NCBI GenBank assembly: GCA_030390025.1
Contig: CM059436.1
Span: 39,556,001 to 39,620,000, forward strand
Source: Squalus acanthias
Taxonomy: Eukaryota
Length of the DNA: 64,000 bases
Direction of reading: 5' to 3'
The notes under the pieces were generated by a model. The model searched no databases. It was not told the DNA's origin and worked only from the letters and a program-made list of their open reading frames with translations. The translations under genes were made by a program, and so were the position numbers. How positions within the stretch are numbered: position 1 is the first letter of the stretch; each line of letters starts with the position of its first letter. Positions 37,845-50,430 of this stretch are shown in pieces.

Positions 37845-38190
37845 ACAACAACAGAAAACGCTAGAAAAACTCAGCAGGCCAGGCAACATCCATGGAGAGA
37901 GAAACAGAGTTAACGTTTCAGGTCGAAGACCCTTCGTCGGAACTGAGAAAAAGGCAGGAAATGAAACAGATAAAAATGCAAGGGGGAGGCTGGGGGTAGG
38001 AATAACTATGGTAAGTAGAGACATTAAGAGATGCTCAAGGCAAGACGAGATGGTAATGGGACAGGTTAAGAAACAAAAGGTGAAGTGTGAAATGCTGGCA
38101 GAATGAGAGACAGCTGCCGTAGGGGGAAGAGAGAGGAAAAAAAAGGAAAAAGGCACGGACCAAAACGGTGGATAAAGACCAAACTAAAAA
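37845..38190 (-). mobile_element. Penelope pLTR fragment with a mutated hammerhead (37908-37944)
   Basis: Reverse complement AGTT-CCGACGA-A-GGGTC-TTC-GACCT-GAAAC-GTT-AACT is homologous to 7086-7122, with core U4 changed to C. Confidence 0.75.
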
Positions 38191-39455
38191 AAAATGGCAT
38201 CTCAACCAGCAACCTGTTAATTGGAGATTAATTAAAGGCTGTCTTCATCAACAATGATGGTCAAATCACCATTATCATCAACAAAGAATTGTTATTTATT
38301 CGAGTTTATTGTCTTAAAATAAGTTAAGGCTAACAGAATGGTGGTAGATAATTGCCAATTGCACCTGAAATATGAAGGGGCTTGTGTAGAAAAAAGCCAC
38401 TTTAAGTTAGTTTATATAATATTAAATAAATTATTGAATGACAAATTAATTTTGGAGATGGGTTTCTCAGTAGATAAGGTTATAGATATAAAGCTCCAGT
38501 TCCAGCATTAAATTGATGCAAATTAATGAATAATATATAAACAATTGTTGCATATTAATTAATTTTATTTTTGAAGTTCATGAACACTCAGATATTTCTA
38601 TGACATACTAATAGGAGTAAGAGTAAAAAGTCAGATGCCTGGGAGACAATCTAGAGAGCAGGAGAATTATATATAAAAGGTCCCTTATAACCTCTGTTTG
38701 AGACTGGAGGAAGAATTAACCAGTCTTTCCAAAGATTCACTTGCTGCCCATAACCATTCAAGTCTTTGACAATCATCCTACTACTGCACACAGCAATAAG
38801 ATCTTGTTAATAGCAATTCAAGTTGACCCATGTTTATGTAAACCTAAAGTTTATTATGCTTTTAATAAAGGGTTTGTTTGAAGTGTAATATTTGTTGGCT
38901 CACAATGATGACAATTGGTTTGAAATCCGACCACAAATTCAGAGGGGGAGAACTTTGTGCGCGCCATGAGAATTGCCGGTGTCACTGGCAACTCGAGTTA
39001 ATGGCCACCGAAAATGGCCACAGCGCTACCATTGAAAAATTGGCTCTGGGGGCTGGCGATGTGGAGCGCAGCGCTAATTTACCATGCAGCGCCCTCCTGA
39101 TGGCGTTAATGGAGGCTGCTGACCAGAAGTTCCCATCCACAGTCAGTGTTGTAGCTTCTTACAGCCTGTGGGAGTGAAGCTGTGGAGTTCGCAAGGCACT
39201 GTGGGCAATTAAAGGAGCTATGAATTAAAGGGGCAATGCATTCAAAACTAATAAAAATTAAAATCAAGTGAAAAAATGCATTTTTCAGCCCTTACTGCCT
39301 TTCAAAAAAAACATAAATATTAAAAATAATTCCCAAATGGCAGTCTTCAGCTCTTAAAGCTGAATTGTCTTCCACACCTAAAAAAATGGTAAAAGTGCTT
39401 CAGCACTAACACAAATGGCTCAGCAAGCCAGGGAAGGGGCACCCAGGGTCTCTCA

Positions 39456-39891
39456 CATAGAAACATAGAAACATAGAATCTAGGAGCAGGAGTAGGCCAT
39501 TCGGCCCGTCGAGCCTGCTCCGCCATTCAATACGATCATGGCTGATCATCCAAATCCAGTACCCTGTCCCTGCTTTAATCCCCACAGTACACATATCCCA
39601 CCCTACCCCCGTAACCCCACGTATTTAATTCCCCCTAACATATCCCATCCTATCCCCATAACCCCACATATTTAATCCCCCCTAACACTAAGGGTCAATT
39701 TATCATAGCCAAATCAACCTAACCCACACATTTTTGGACTGTGGGAGGAAACCGGAGCACCCGGAGGAAACCCACGCAGACACGGGGAGAATGTGCAAAC
39801 TCCACACAGACAGTCACCCGAGGTCAGATTCGAACCCGGGTCTCTGGCGCTGTGAGGCACCAGTGCTAACCACTATGCCACCGTGTTGCCC
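39456..39891 (-). mobile_element. HE1/V-SINE-type tRNA-derived SINE with a CR1-derived tail
   Basis: A box TGGCATAGTGG, B box GGTTCGAATC, V-domain core GTGTGGAGTTTGCACATTCTCCCCGTGTCTGCGTGGGTTTCCTCCGGGTGCTCCGGTTTCCTCCCAC, and a 3' end matching the CR1 UTR with (TTTCTATG)n. Confidence 0.9.
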
Positions 39892-41011
39892 ACGCAGCAC
39901 TCCAACTTTGTGCAGGGGGTCAACACTGCAAGAGAGGTCCTCTACCCACAGGGGCCAGGAAGCCCTCCAGCAAGAACGATGTGGGACCACATCACCGAGT
40001 CCAGCAGTGTTGCCCCCACCACCTGGCTCCAGTGCCCAAAGAAGCTTCATGATCTCAGACCACTGGTTAAGGTCAGTAAATGCATCTCCAAAAGCCGTCT
40101 CCTAACAACTGCAACACCAGCCTCACACACTGCTCAATGCACAACTCCCCTCCCCCTATCACTCACCTACCAACAATCTGTACCAATCACGAGGCACATC
40201 TCCCATTCCTAGCCTCACTTCACCCCTTGGAGGAGACGGTGCAGGCCATTCTAAGCAGGGGCATGGCTGAGCCCTTGGCCAGCGGCGGGGCTGTAAGGAT
40301 ACAAGAGGCTGGTATCCTCATACGTTATCCTCCTTCCCGCATGCACCTCTTGCTTTCTTGCCCTCCCCTCACCACAACTCCACCCTTGAGTCTTTTTCAT
40401 TTCACACACCCAAGAAATGCAACCTTCCCAGCCAGTGGGTGACCAAGAAATGGGGGGGGGGAGGGAGACTGAAGAAGAAGAAGAGGATTGATTTGACACT
40501 CCCAGCCACCAGCTCCTCAAGGTCAACCAGCAAGGCCATTTGCATTGTCCCCACTGAAAGTCAGCAGCCTTCCACCAGCCATGCTGCAGCCACTGGGGTA
40601 GCACTGTGTGACATCAGTAGGATAGGCAAAGGCACACACAAGACAGTCACTAAGAGAATGCATAAGGGTGATGAGTTGATTTTTTTATGTCATATTGGAT
40701 GGATAGATGTATAAAGTTGGATTGGAAAGTTTGCTTTGTGGTAGCTTTTATTTCAGCATCGTGGCCAAGAGGATACTGTGATGGTCAGTAACAGAGGGAA
40801 GGTAAGGTGTGGGACTAATGTTGAAAGGGGAATTGGGGTCCTGGTCATTGGTACCACAGGTGATGATTCCATCCCAGATATCCCGGCCATAAAGTGGCTG
40901 TCTGGGATGTATCCTTCCATCTGCTTGCTCCTCTTCTGCTTCCTCCTGTTTGGCTTCCTCCTCTTCTACTTCTTCCTCTTCTGTGTCTTCTTCCCTCTGC
41001 GAGTGGTTGCA

Positions 41012-42860
41012 GTAAATCTGAAATGCCAGCATAAAATGCTGGAAATACTCAGCAGCTCAGGCAGCATCTCGACCTGAGACGTAGGGGGAGGAATTTTTCA
41101 GGGGGTCAACGGGTCGGGACCCCGCTGTCAACCCGCCGCCACGCACTGAACAGAAACGATACGCAGCGGTGGGGGAGGTAAGTCAGGTCATTATGACCTT
41201 GTTAACAGCCCATTAAAAAGTATTTTGAGCACACCTTTACATTTTACGAGGTCACCCATGGGGTCCACGCTGCTCAGAGATCACGTCAGGTAAGCAGGTC
41301 GGGAGTTGTATGACCATGGAATCATCTCATTACTTGACAGCTGCAAATGTGCTATAAAAGCTCCCATCTCACAACTGTTCACTTTCCAACCTCAGAAGCT
41401 GTTGCTTACTACATTTGGAAGACAGATTGAGCTTTATACAGGTTGCAAGTGTTTGGAGTAAACTCTGTATCCAGTGTCACCTCATTGGAACAACCTCTCT
41501 CACCATTGACAGATTGCTTCTGTCATCTCAAGTTCACCTGCCATCTATTACATTAGCATTGGTGCCCTTGAAACTATCTTAGCTTAGTCCTCAGAATCCC
41601 AACAAAATCAGCCCCAACACCAGCAGCACCAGGCACACCAGCAGCACCAACAACAACACCAACCTTCTCCGCAATCAACTGATGCTGCACAGGACACAGT
41701 GCATCAGCACCCGACCACATTGCTGTCCGGGACGCCAGGGATGACCTCACCATGGCCAGATTTACTTCACTTGAGGCTGTACACCCCAGCTGCCACATGA
41801 TGCGCCAGGTTGGCACCACCCCACACCAACACCATAAAGCATCCCTACAATGCCCAAGCCATTCTTTTCACACTCATCAGCATTGTGGGGGGTACCATTA
41901 TGTCTCACCATTCACTGCAACTCACTAAGCCACTTCCAAAGGTTCACATAAATCTGGCCAAGAATGCAAAGTGTTGAAAATAAAGATTTCAATGTTTGAC
42001 AGCACATTACCAGAAACTTCACATGAACATTGGCTAAAACACACAAGTGCCTACCCTTGTGTGTTAGTTATTATGATTGGACTAGGATGAGGGTGAGTGT
42101 GAGGGGTGGCTAGTGAGATGGGGAAGTGACAATGTAGATAGAGAGGGATGGGTGGAGGTGCAAAGTAAGTTGGTGTGAGTAAGGATGTGCAGGAGTAAGG
42201 TAGGGAAGGCAGAGTGATGGGGATGTGATGTGTGGCACAGCAGGATGAGGTTGAGTGTGGCTTTGCAGTAACGTTTTGTGATCTACTGAGATCATTGAAA
42301 GGTTTGCATCACTGCAGCCTGGTCCCCCTGATGACATCCCTGTTTGTGTCCTCCTGTGCAATGTGCAACCAGACTGTGTTGGTCTCCTGGGGAGGTCTCT
42401 TCCGCCCATTGGAAGGGAAAAGAACCTCCCTGCGAGCTGTGACTCCCTCCATAAGCATATGGAGGGAGTCATGAGAGAGCCTAGGTGCAGCCGTGCACTT
42501 CTGTGCAGTGTTTGTCAGTGTTTGCAGCACCTCAATTCTGTAGAACACTGACAGCACAACTGTCAAAGTAAATTTGCACATGGTCCCTTTAAGGAAACCA
42601 GCTGATGATGCATCATCAAATGACGTCATCAGATCTGCTTCCTTCAATTGGCTGGCAAACATGCTGGGCGGACTTAACAAACCCAATCAGGGGAAAATCA
42701 TTTTGGACAGCGGGCTGGAGCCAGCAGCGGGGATGGGACCCGCCACCGACGTCGCCCACTACAGACCCGCTGATTGGTAAAATCCAGCCCGTGAACTCTG
42801 TTTCTCTCTCCAGGGATGTTGCCTGACCTGTTGATTATTTGCAGCATTTTCTGTTTCCTC
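41012..42860. mobile_element. Short inverted Penelope pLTR end, split by a Harbinger insertion
   Basis: 41030-41069 is the reverse complement of 42814-42853. The pLTR sequence GACCTGA.AC|GTN|AACTCTGTTTCTCTC is interrupted at 41084-42790. Confidence 0.7.
41084..42790 (+). mobile_element. Internally deleted Harbinger, second copy of the 639-2381 family
   Basis: Colinear with 639-2381. Right TIR AAAATCCAGCCC. Flanked by GTA / GTG. The left end is uncertain by about 2 bp within a G run. Confidence 0.85.
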
Positions 42861-44769
42861 AGAGGCTTTTCTTTACCACCTGAGGCTTTGAAAATGCCCA
42901 GCAGCACTCCCTACATGCTTAAAAAACTTTTAACATATATTGCAGCAAGCCACTACTTCAATAAAATCAAACAAACCCAGTCTAAAAGCTTAAATGCAAA
43001 CTTACCTGAAAAATGTGTGTGTCCCTTTAAGAGGTTCTGACAGCGCCTCTGTCTGTCTCTTTACACGCTGGTTTCCCTGGCGTGGTTACGACCCAGCGCT
43101 GAACTCAGCACTAGGGTTGAAGTTCACCGTGGTGACATTAAGTCGACGTTGCATGCTGACTGACATCACCAATCTGCCATTTCTTTTTGCAGGGCGCTAA
43201 TACTTACCGGCAACGCTACGGGGAGGACCAAAATGGAGAACGCCGCGGGACCCGCCACCAATTTGTGAAAGAGCGGCGGCGGCCACTCTTTTGCCATTTT
43301 TTTATGGTAACGTGTAGCGTAAAGTCCCCGAATTTTTAGCCCAGAGGGTCTAAAATTCGGATGCACTGAAATGAATGCCCAAACGCCCAAGTCAGCTTTC
43401 CCTCGTTTACTATACCGTCCAGACACATACTCAATAAGCATGTTTAAATGTTGATAATTCTTACCCACATGCTAAGGAAATGAACTCTCTACTAGACAAC
43501 CATGAGTAACACAAACAAAAAGGTACACACAATAGAGGATAAAATCAGTGGAATTAAATGGAACTTGTAATATGCAACATGTATACCATCACCTGCTTTA
43601 AAGGACAGACATATCCAAGTTTAACATCGGCTAAGTTTGAATTTTGTAGAAAGAGTCAGAATTTGGATTCAAATCAGAATCATACTCTATTCATCTTGAA
43701 TTCCTCACTAAATGAAGAAGATTGAGCTATTTTGTTTTGCAACCTCACCAAATTTCACAGAAGTTTTGCAAGTCATGCACATTTCATACACATACAGTTG
43801 GAAACAACATTATAATATCACAATCAAAAATTTCCAATTAGCTAATTTAGTAGTAAATTTGGCCCTTAAGGCTTCCATATAATAATACTTGAATGAACTA
43901 TTGTTTAAATCTAGGTACTTGTCCAATAATCTCCTCAGCAACATTTACTGCTATGTTGATAGAATAGTGTTACTAAGGTTATAATGTTATTCAACTATAT
44001 GGAAATAATTATGTTTATTGTGTCTTGTATCAGATGGTATTTTTAAAAACACATTCAATGTTATCTCTTGTATAGAATGTCACAACCTTGAAAAGAGCGA
44101 GCCTGGCAGAGTAAGAGGACATTTGATAGACATGTCTGTAGCAAACACCTGCATTTCAGCACTGGTTAAAATGGGTTACAGATAAAGCCCTGATAAAAAA
44201 AAAACGAGAATAAAATTTAGCATAAACTTCTTGGCCGTGATTTTGCCAGCGCTCAGAGGGCGGATTTGGAGGCGGGTCAGGAGTTAAAATCAAAATGATT
44301 GACGGCAGGTTGCGAACCCGCTGCCATCCCGCCTCCACGCAACTTTGCAAAGTGTCGAGTCTGCGAGGTCCAATCAGACCCGACACCAAGCGGCGAGAGA
44401 GCCACTTAAGGCAGTTAACAGCTTGTTAACTGCCTAGGTAATCCGATTTTAAGAGGCTGTTCCCATTTTACTACATTTTCAGCGTGTTCCACATCGTGCG
44501 ACAAACACGCCAGCTGATTCTGCTGGGTTCAGCAACTAGCTAAATTCTTGACAGCTGCACCTGCAACTTAAAAGCGGACCTGTAACATGGCTGACTTTCA
44601 GATGCCAGAACTTTTGTTTTGAGGTTTTGGAACACATTTTGCAGGTCTATTGAGTTGTAAGTGTTTAAGCTGAGATCTATATGCACTGTGACCTCCTTGG
44701 AAAACCCTCTCCCCACATTGACTGAGCACTTATAACATCTGTTCCTCAACTGAGATATATACCAGCGGA

Positions 44770-45978
44770 ATGGGTACCATTTATACCCTCACATCCTGGT
44801 CCTCAGAATCAGAGAAAGAGCAGCCATGGCTGCAGCAGAACCAGTCACAACAGCAGCAGCAACAATAGGAGCGCCAACCTTCTCCTCAGCCAGCTGATGC
44901 TGCACAGGGCAGAGGGCATCAGCGCAGGGCTGCACCGCGCTGCAGGAGATACCCCCAACACAGGGTTTACAGGCCGAGGAGGAGCTTCCTCAACATGAGT
45001 GAGTAGCAGTGCCAAAGGAGGCTGAGACTTCCGCAAGAGGTAGTCGCTGACATCTGCGCAATGCTGCATCAACACCTGGAGCCCAGAGGAGCGGGTGGAT
45101 ACTCCTTACCAGTGGCTGTCAAAGTCACCACCGCACTCAACTTTGCTTCAGGCTCCTTCCAGGGATCAGCAGCAGACATCAGCGGCATCTTCCAGTTGGC
45201 CGCACACACTTGCATCATGCAGGTTACTGATGCCCTCTTTGCAAAGTCGCACAAATACATCCACTTCTCCATGGATGAAGCAAGTGTAACCGCGCATGCG
45301 GTTGGCTTTGCAAATATGGCAGGCTTCCCAAGGGTGCAGGGCGTCATAGACTGCACACATGTGGCCATTAGGGCACCCCATCACAACCCAACTGTATTTG
45401 TGAACCGCAAGGGCTTCCACTCCTTTAACATCCAGCTGGTGTGTAACCACATGAAGAACATTATGCATGTTTGCGCCAAGTTCCCTGGCAGTTGCCATGA
45501 CTCGTTCATCCTGCGGCAGTCTACTGTGCCTCAGCTGGTCAATCCGCCAACCCAACTTTCCGGATGGCTACTTGGAGACAAGGGCTATCCCCTGAAGATG
45601 TGGCTAATGACACCGATGAGGAGGCCATCAAATGAAGTTGTGGAGTGCTACAATGTGAGCCACATTTCCACCAGAAGCATCATAAAGCAAACCATCGGCT
45701 TGCTCAAAATGCGATTCAGATGCCTTGACAGATCTGGTGGAGCCCTACGGTATGCACCAGCCAGGGTCTCCAGAATCATCGTGGTCTGCTGTGCCCTGCA
45801 CAACATTGCACACTAGCGTGGCTCACCTCTGCCTGAGGAACAAGTGGCTCAGCGCACAGCCTCCTCCTCAGAGGAGGAGGAGGAAGAGGAGAAGGCGGAT
45901 GTGCCAGTTCCACCAGCACGCGAGCACATTGCTGGCCGTGAGGCAAGGGCTGCACTAATCCATGCCAGATTCGCGTAA
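44770..45978 (+). pseudogene. Harbinger DDE transposase with premature stops
   Basis: [25 protein letters not shown] and IIKQTIG (catalytic E changed to K). Stops at about 45004 and 45814. Confidence 0.9.
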
Positions 45979-46264
45979 GTTTACGCAGCAAACACATGTG
46001 GCTGGCACACGGAAATGGGTGTCTGGCCGACCTTCTTAACACACCATACAGCATCTGTACAATAAACTGTGGGTTGTTATCACTCTCAACACCATCATTA
46101 CAGATGAAAGGCACCCTGACCCCTGACTGTGCAACTTTCATTTTTGAGCACACATAGGCCAACTCTTTGAATCTTTGCCATCGCATTTCTTTATTACAAT
46201 TGAAATAATGATGAGAAACTTCACTTTATATTAGATCAAAACACCCAAGTGACTACCCTTGTGA

Positions 46265-47819
46265 CTATTTGTGTGTTAACTTTCTCTTACGCATCCTTCT
46301 ACGTGGTGCTTCCACTGTGGCTTCAGCAGATGTTGAGGCACCTTGCTCATTTCCATGCTGCGCCTGCTTAGACGCCTTTGGCGGGCGTCCTCTGGGTTTG
46401 GGAGCCTGGGAGGGTTTGGCAACAGTCTGCTCCTCCTGCGGCTGTGCAGGGGCTGAGACAGCAATCTCAGTTGGATGAGGAATCTGGGGCTCTGACCGAG
46501 GGCTCCGTGGTGGCATGGGAGTGTGAGCGCTTGGAGAGGAGCCCACACTTCCTTGTTGTCGACCACCAGCATCCCTCTCATGGGTCACCCGCACTTCACT
46601 GCTAGCAAGCAGCTGGAGAGCACCTTGCTGCACATCAGTGGGGCCATGAGGACCTGTCTCTGTACTGACAGTCCTCATAACAGGGACGTCCATGTACCTC
46701 TGGTTCCTCTCCTCAATAGATGCCCATCTATCCTCCATAGCAGACCATCTATTTAGAAGTGTCACCATGTTCATTTGAGTCTGGCGATTTATGTCCTCCA
46801 TGGCGGTTGCCATCCTTTCCATGGCGACACCTACATTCGCCATTGCGTGCACCACAGCATTGTTCATGTTTGAGATGGATTCCACCATTCTCTGCACACT
46901 CACAGTTACAGTGGATGCAAACCCTGTCAGAGACTCCTGCACTTGTTCCTGAAGTTCCAGCACCGCTCTCTTTCTGGATGGCCCCAGAGGCACAGCGTCC
47001 ACATGCAGCTGAGCAGAGCTAGGAGCGTCCAGCGCCCTCTGACGAGGACTCTGCTCTGATGTCCCTGTCTCCACTCGTCTGCTGATGCTCACTTGTGAGC
47101 TGTGATACACCAGGTGACAACACTAATCTATCTCGCGAATGACCCACCGAGGTGTGCATCTCTGCGCTGGTGCTGGGTGCGCTCATTTCTGCTGACACTG
47201 CACCCTCAGAAGCTGCAGCTTCCTCTGAGGAGTCTTCCAGCTCTTCCTCCTGGACAGTGGAGTTTGAGCGAGAATGTTGGAGTGTGTAGAGAATCCATAG
47301 CATAGATGCTTAGAGGGAGACAAAGATGGAGTGAGGTGCCAATACCAAGGGCCCTCCCTGTGCGTTGTTAGTTGTTGCCATTGCATAACAGTGATAGTGA
47401 GTGTGAAGGGTGCATAGTAGAATGGTGAAGTGATTCTGTACATAGAGAGAGAGGGATGGTTAAGGGTGGAAGGGATGTAAGGGTAAGTTGGGATGTGCAG
47501 GAGTAGGTTGACAATGCAGAGTGCTGGTGATGAGAAGAGATGGGGAGCAGATTAAAGGTAAGTGTGATGTTATACTCACTTTTGCTGAGCGTAGTAAATC
47601 ATTGAACCTTGTCCTGCGCTGAACCCAGGTGCGTGAGTACAAAGACCTGGCACTAACCTCCTCAGCAATTTGCAGCCAGGCTGCCTTGGTTTGCTGAGGA
47701 GGCTTCCTACGTCCATTTGAGGGAAACAGAACCTCCTCGCGCCCTCTCACTCCCTCAACAAGAGCATGGAGGGAGTCATCATCGAATCTTGGGGAAGCCT
47801 TGGCTCTTGAAGCAGTCAT
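46265..47819 (-). pseudogene. Harbinger Myb/SANT-like protein gene
   Basis: Exon 1 at 47580-47819 (MTASRAKASPRFDDDSLHALVEGV...WLQIAEEVSARS...RTWVQRRTRFNDL) with a GTGAGT donor. The last exon has a coiled coil and a basic NLS-like end RRRMRKRK. The EKRAHN-type exon 2 was not found. Confidence 0.8.
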
Positions 47820-48967
47820 CTCGCTATCAGTAACACTGAGAAGCAGCAGAATGTGAATGAAACACCACAAGGCTGCATGGGCCCCTTAAATGCAGCTGAA
47901 TGGAAGACATCAGCAGAGGCGAGCAGCAGACCCGAACCCACTGATTGGGCCGGGTAATGCACACGGCGGGCTTAATAAGCCCAGTTAAAGCAAAATAGTT
48001 ATTTCAGAGTGGCTCAAACTGGCAGCAGGACCAGAAACCGCCGACCAGCCAACCCGACGCCAACCCGCCACCTATGGTAAAATTGCAGCCCTTGTGTTGA
48101 TTACCTGATGCTTAGGGTGGAATTTTAACACCGCTACGACAGGTGGGAGAGGATCGGTGGAGGGGGGGTGGTGGTGAGTGGGTTAAATTGGTAAATTTAC
48201 TCTCAATCTAGCTGGTTGCCAGGTGGGAAACGAAGTAAAAAAATTCTAATGTTGTCTTGCGGTTAAATTTGGCAGGACCTCTGTCTTCCCGGTATTTCCG
48301 GGTTTCGTGGCCGCACATGCGCCCCCGTTCCTTCCCCGCCTCCCCGTAAATATCAGGGTGTGAGTTTCTGGTATCATCCATGACATAACATCAATGTCAA
48401 AGTCCAGGATTTACCTACAGTCACTGTAGTTAAATTTGTACATTATATGATGTAACAAATACAGCAATCCGATATCTCAAAAAAATCACCCTGGTAGATA
48501 GTAGGAGTACAGAAAGAATTTAAGAAGTTGTATTCAGGCAAGTCACATTAAAACTGATGTTTTGACACTAGTGAATTCTGAAAATTGGTTAAGAGTCCCA
48601 AATTCCATCATCATCATAAGAAGGCCACACTCGTGACCAAGAGACAGACACAGATGCCCAATAGAGCTATAGAAACAAAATTGTACTTTAGTTTTGGTTA
48701 GTTTTTTTAAAATTGCACATTCTCAAAATCCAATTTTTGGGGAAATGAATCCTCAAACCCCATGTAACAAAGTTGGTCAATAACGAGTTAAACCCTTTAT
48801 CAAACGTTAGGGATATTTAAAATATAATTTGCTTTGAAAATGCTTTCTTAATTATTAAGGTGCGCCATTTATGGCTCGGATTAAGAATACAGGTAGGTTC
48901 CTGCTAAACACATACACAGCTGCTGTTGCACGGAGCAGGCTCGAAACCCAGCTCGCTCCACAGTCTG

Positions 48968-48980
48968 GTTGCCTAGCGAC
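48968..48980. promoter_or_regulatory. RFX X-box-like motif in the candidate USH2A promoter
   Basis: GTTGCCTAGCGAC sits in a small CpG-richer, apparently non-repeat patch (about 48870-49080) about 1 kb upstream of the USH2A ATG. Confidence 0.5.
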
Positions 48981-49942
48981 AGTTGCCGCGCGTGTCTCTG
49001 CTTTTGATAGCTTATTGCTGTGCAAGCGGGAGCAGCCGGAGTCTCCTCTGGCTAACTGCGCAGTTGGACGGATTGGCATTTAATTTATATATTTTTTTTA
49101 AGCATGGAGTAATCTGACCCGGACGTTGCATTCCAGTATCAAATTGATTTTCTTTTCTTTTTCAGTCGCAATATAATTTATGTTTAATGCTGTTTTCAAT
49201 GTTTTAGTTTTGTGTGAGTGCAGGCCATATGGCATTGTGGTGTAATCAGCTTACTGAGGGCTAAGGTCCTGCATGAATGGCAAGCTAGGGTAAGGGACAA
49301 ACTGTATATGGACTGCAGTGTACGGTTGATTAATTTATTGTTACAAAAATGATCTTTTAATATAAATCAGCATTATGTTTATATTAACTTGAATTTACTT
49401 GTGGGAAATCACGTTGAAAGTAAATGTATTAATGATAGAAGTTTTGTACACTTTGCAATTTAATTGCTGTTTGCAATTAAAATTGAAGTAATAGTTACAC
49501 TAGATTTTCAGCTTACCTTGTCGAAAGCCGTATTTTTAGACTAAAGGTCTGTTTGTACCCTAGAGTTTTCTGCAAATAGTGCTAAAATATTGTAGTGCAG
49601 AACTTAACTTTTCAACGGAATTATATTTTTATAAGACAATTGTAAAAAAAACCTGAACTTTATTTTATTACATAACTCAACTATTTTGTTCAAATCTTCC
49701 ACAGACTACAGACTCCTAACGACAACTTGATAAACTGAATTCACAAATGCCAATTGTTTTATGTCCAGAGGAGTATTGCATCCTAGTGGGAATGGTGTCT
49801 AATTCAGGGCACAACTCAATTGCTGAACTTTGAACTCTGCACTCACAGTCTTGGACTCTTGGTGGGTGAAGATGTCACCTTCAGTATGTCCACTGTCAAG
49901 CATTTAATTTCACTTTATCAAGAGGATTCTCTGCTATCAAGA

Positions 49943-50430
49943 ATGACCTGCCTTTTACTAAGAAAGGGTGTTGCAGTGTTTTATGTAACTGAAGTTCTTT
50001 TATTTATATGTTACATTTTGTCAAGATTTGTCAATTCGCAGGGATATTTTCCAAGGCTTGAAAACATAGGAGCATACAAAAATGTGTCTACTGTGCCATC
50101 TCAGGCAACCTGTGGATTGCCAGTGAAGAACACGTTCTGTCTTAGCACAACTGCTGTGGAAAGCATATTGTCCTGTACCCAGCAATTCTGCATTCAAGAC
50201 TGCCCTTATAGATCTTTCACTCCCTCCTTTGCCAATCTTTTCTCCAGAGGCTTAGGCACTTGTGTCACTGAGGACAAAAATTATTTGAGACCAGGGTCTT
50301 CAAGGAATACCACTAGCTTTATATTTTGGAATCAAACAGATTGTTACACTACGCCTCCTCTTCAAAACCTTGGGTTTGGAAGTTCATTTACCTTAGCAGT
50401 ATGGCTGAAACCTGACCACAAGGATGTAAT
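49943..50430 (+). CDS. USH2A: Usherin, first coding exon (signal peptide and N-terminal region); the exon may begin at the acceptor near 49705
   Basis: QGYFPRLENIGAYKNVSTVPSQATCGLP...CTQQFCIQDCPYRS...SFTLAVWLKP matches the usherin N-terminus as I recall it (human RGLFPRLENVGAFKKVSIVPTQAVCGLP...). Phase-2 donor AT|GTAAGT. Confidence 0.96.

Larger units (their letters stand above)
38944..43342 (-). mobile_element. Old defective Harbinger element hosting a SINE, a Penelope end and another Harbinger
   Basis: TIR-like GGGGGAGAACTT / AATTTTTAGCCC with TSD AGA (38941-38943, 43343-43345). Myb/SANT remnant on + from 39415 (MAQQAREGAPRVS...) and an acidic transposase C-terminal remnant on - at about 40850-41010. 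Confidence 0.7.
44233..48090 (+). mobile_element. Near full-length Harbinger transposon (3.9 kb)
   Basis: TIRs GGCCGTGATTTTGCC / GGTAAAATTGCAGCC with a perfect TSD CTT. Convergent transposase and Myb/SANT genes. Confidence 0.92.

Noticed and set aside
39820-39891. tRNA gene
   Set aside because: The A and B boxes are the head of an HE1/V-SINE that continues into the V core and a CR1 tail.
43000-43160. Divergent gene first exon with an X-box-like palindrome and a minus-strand donor
   Set aside because: It lies inside the TSD-bounded Harbinger 38944-43342 and there is no supporting downstream exon.
49820-49885. ORF-track N-terminus of USH2A
   Set aside because: It begins at a TTG within the probable 5' UTR. 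Similarity to usherin starts at 49943.
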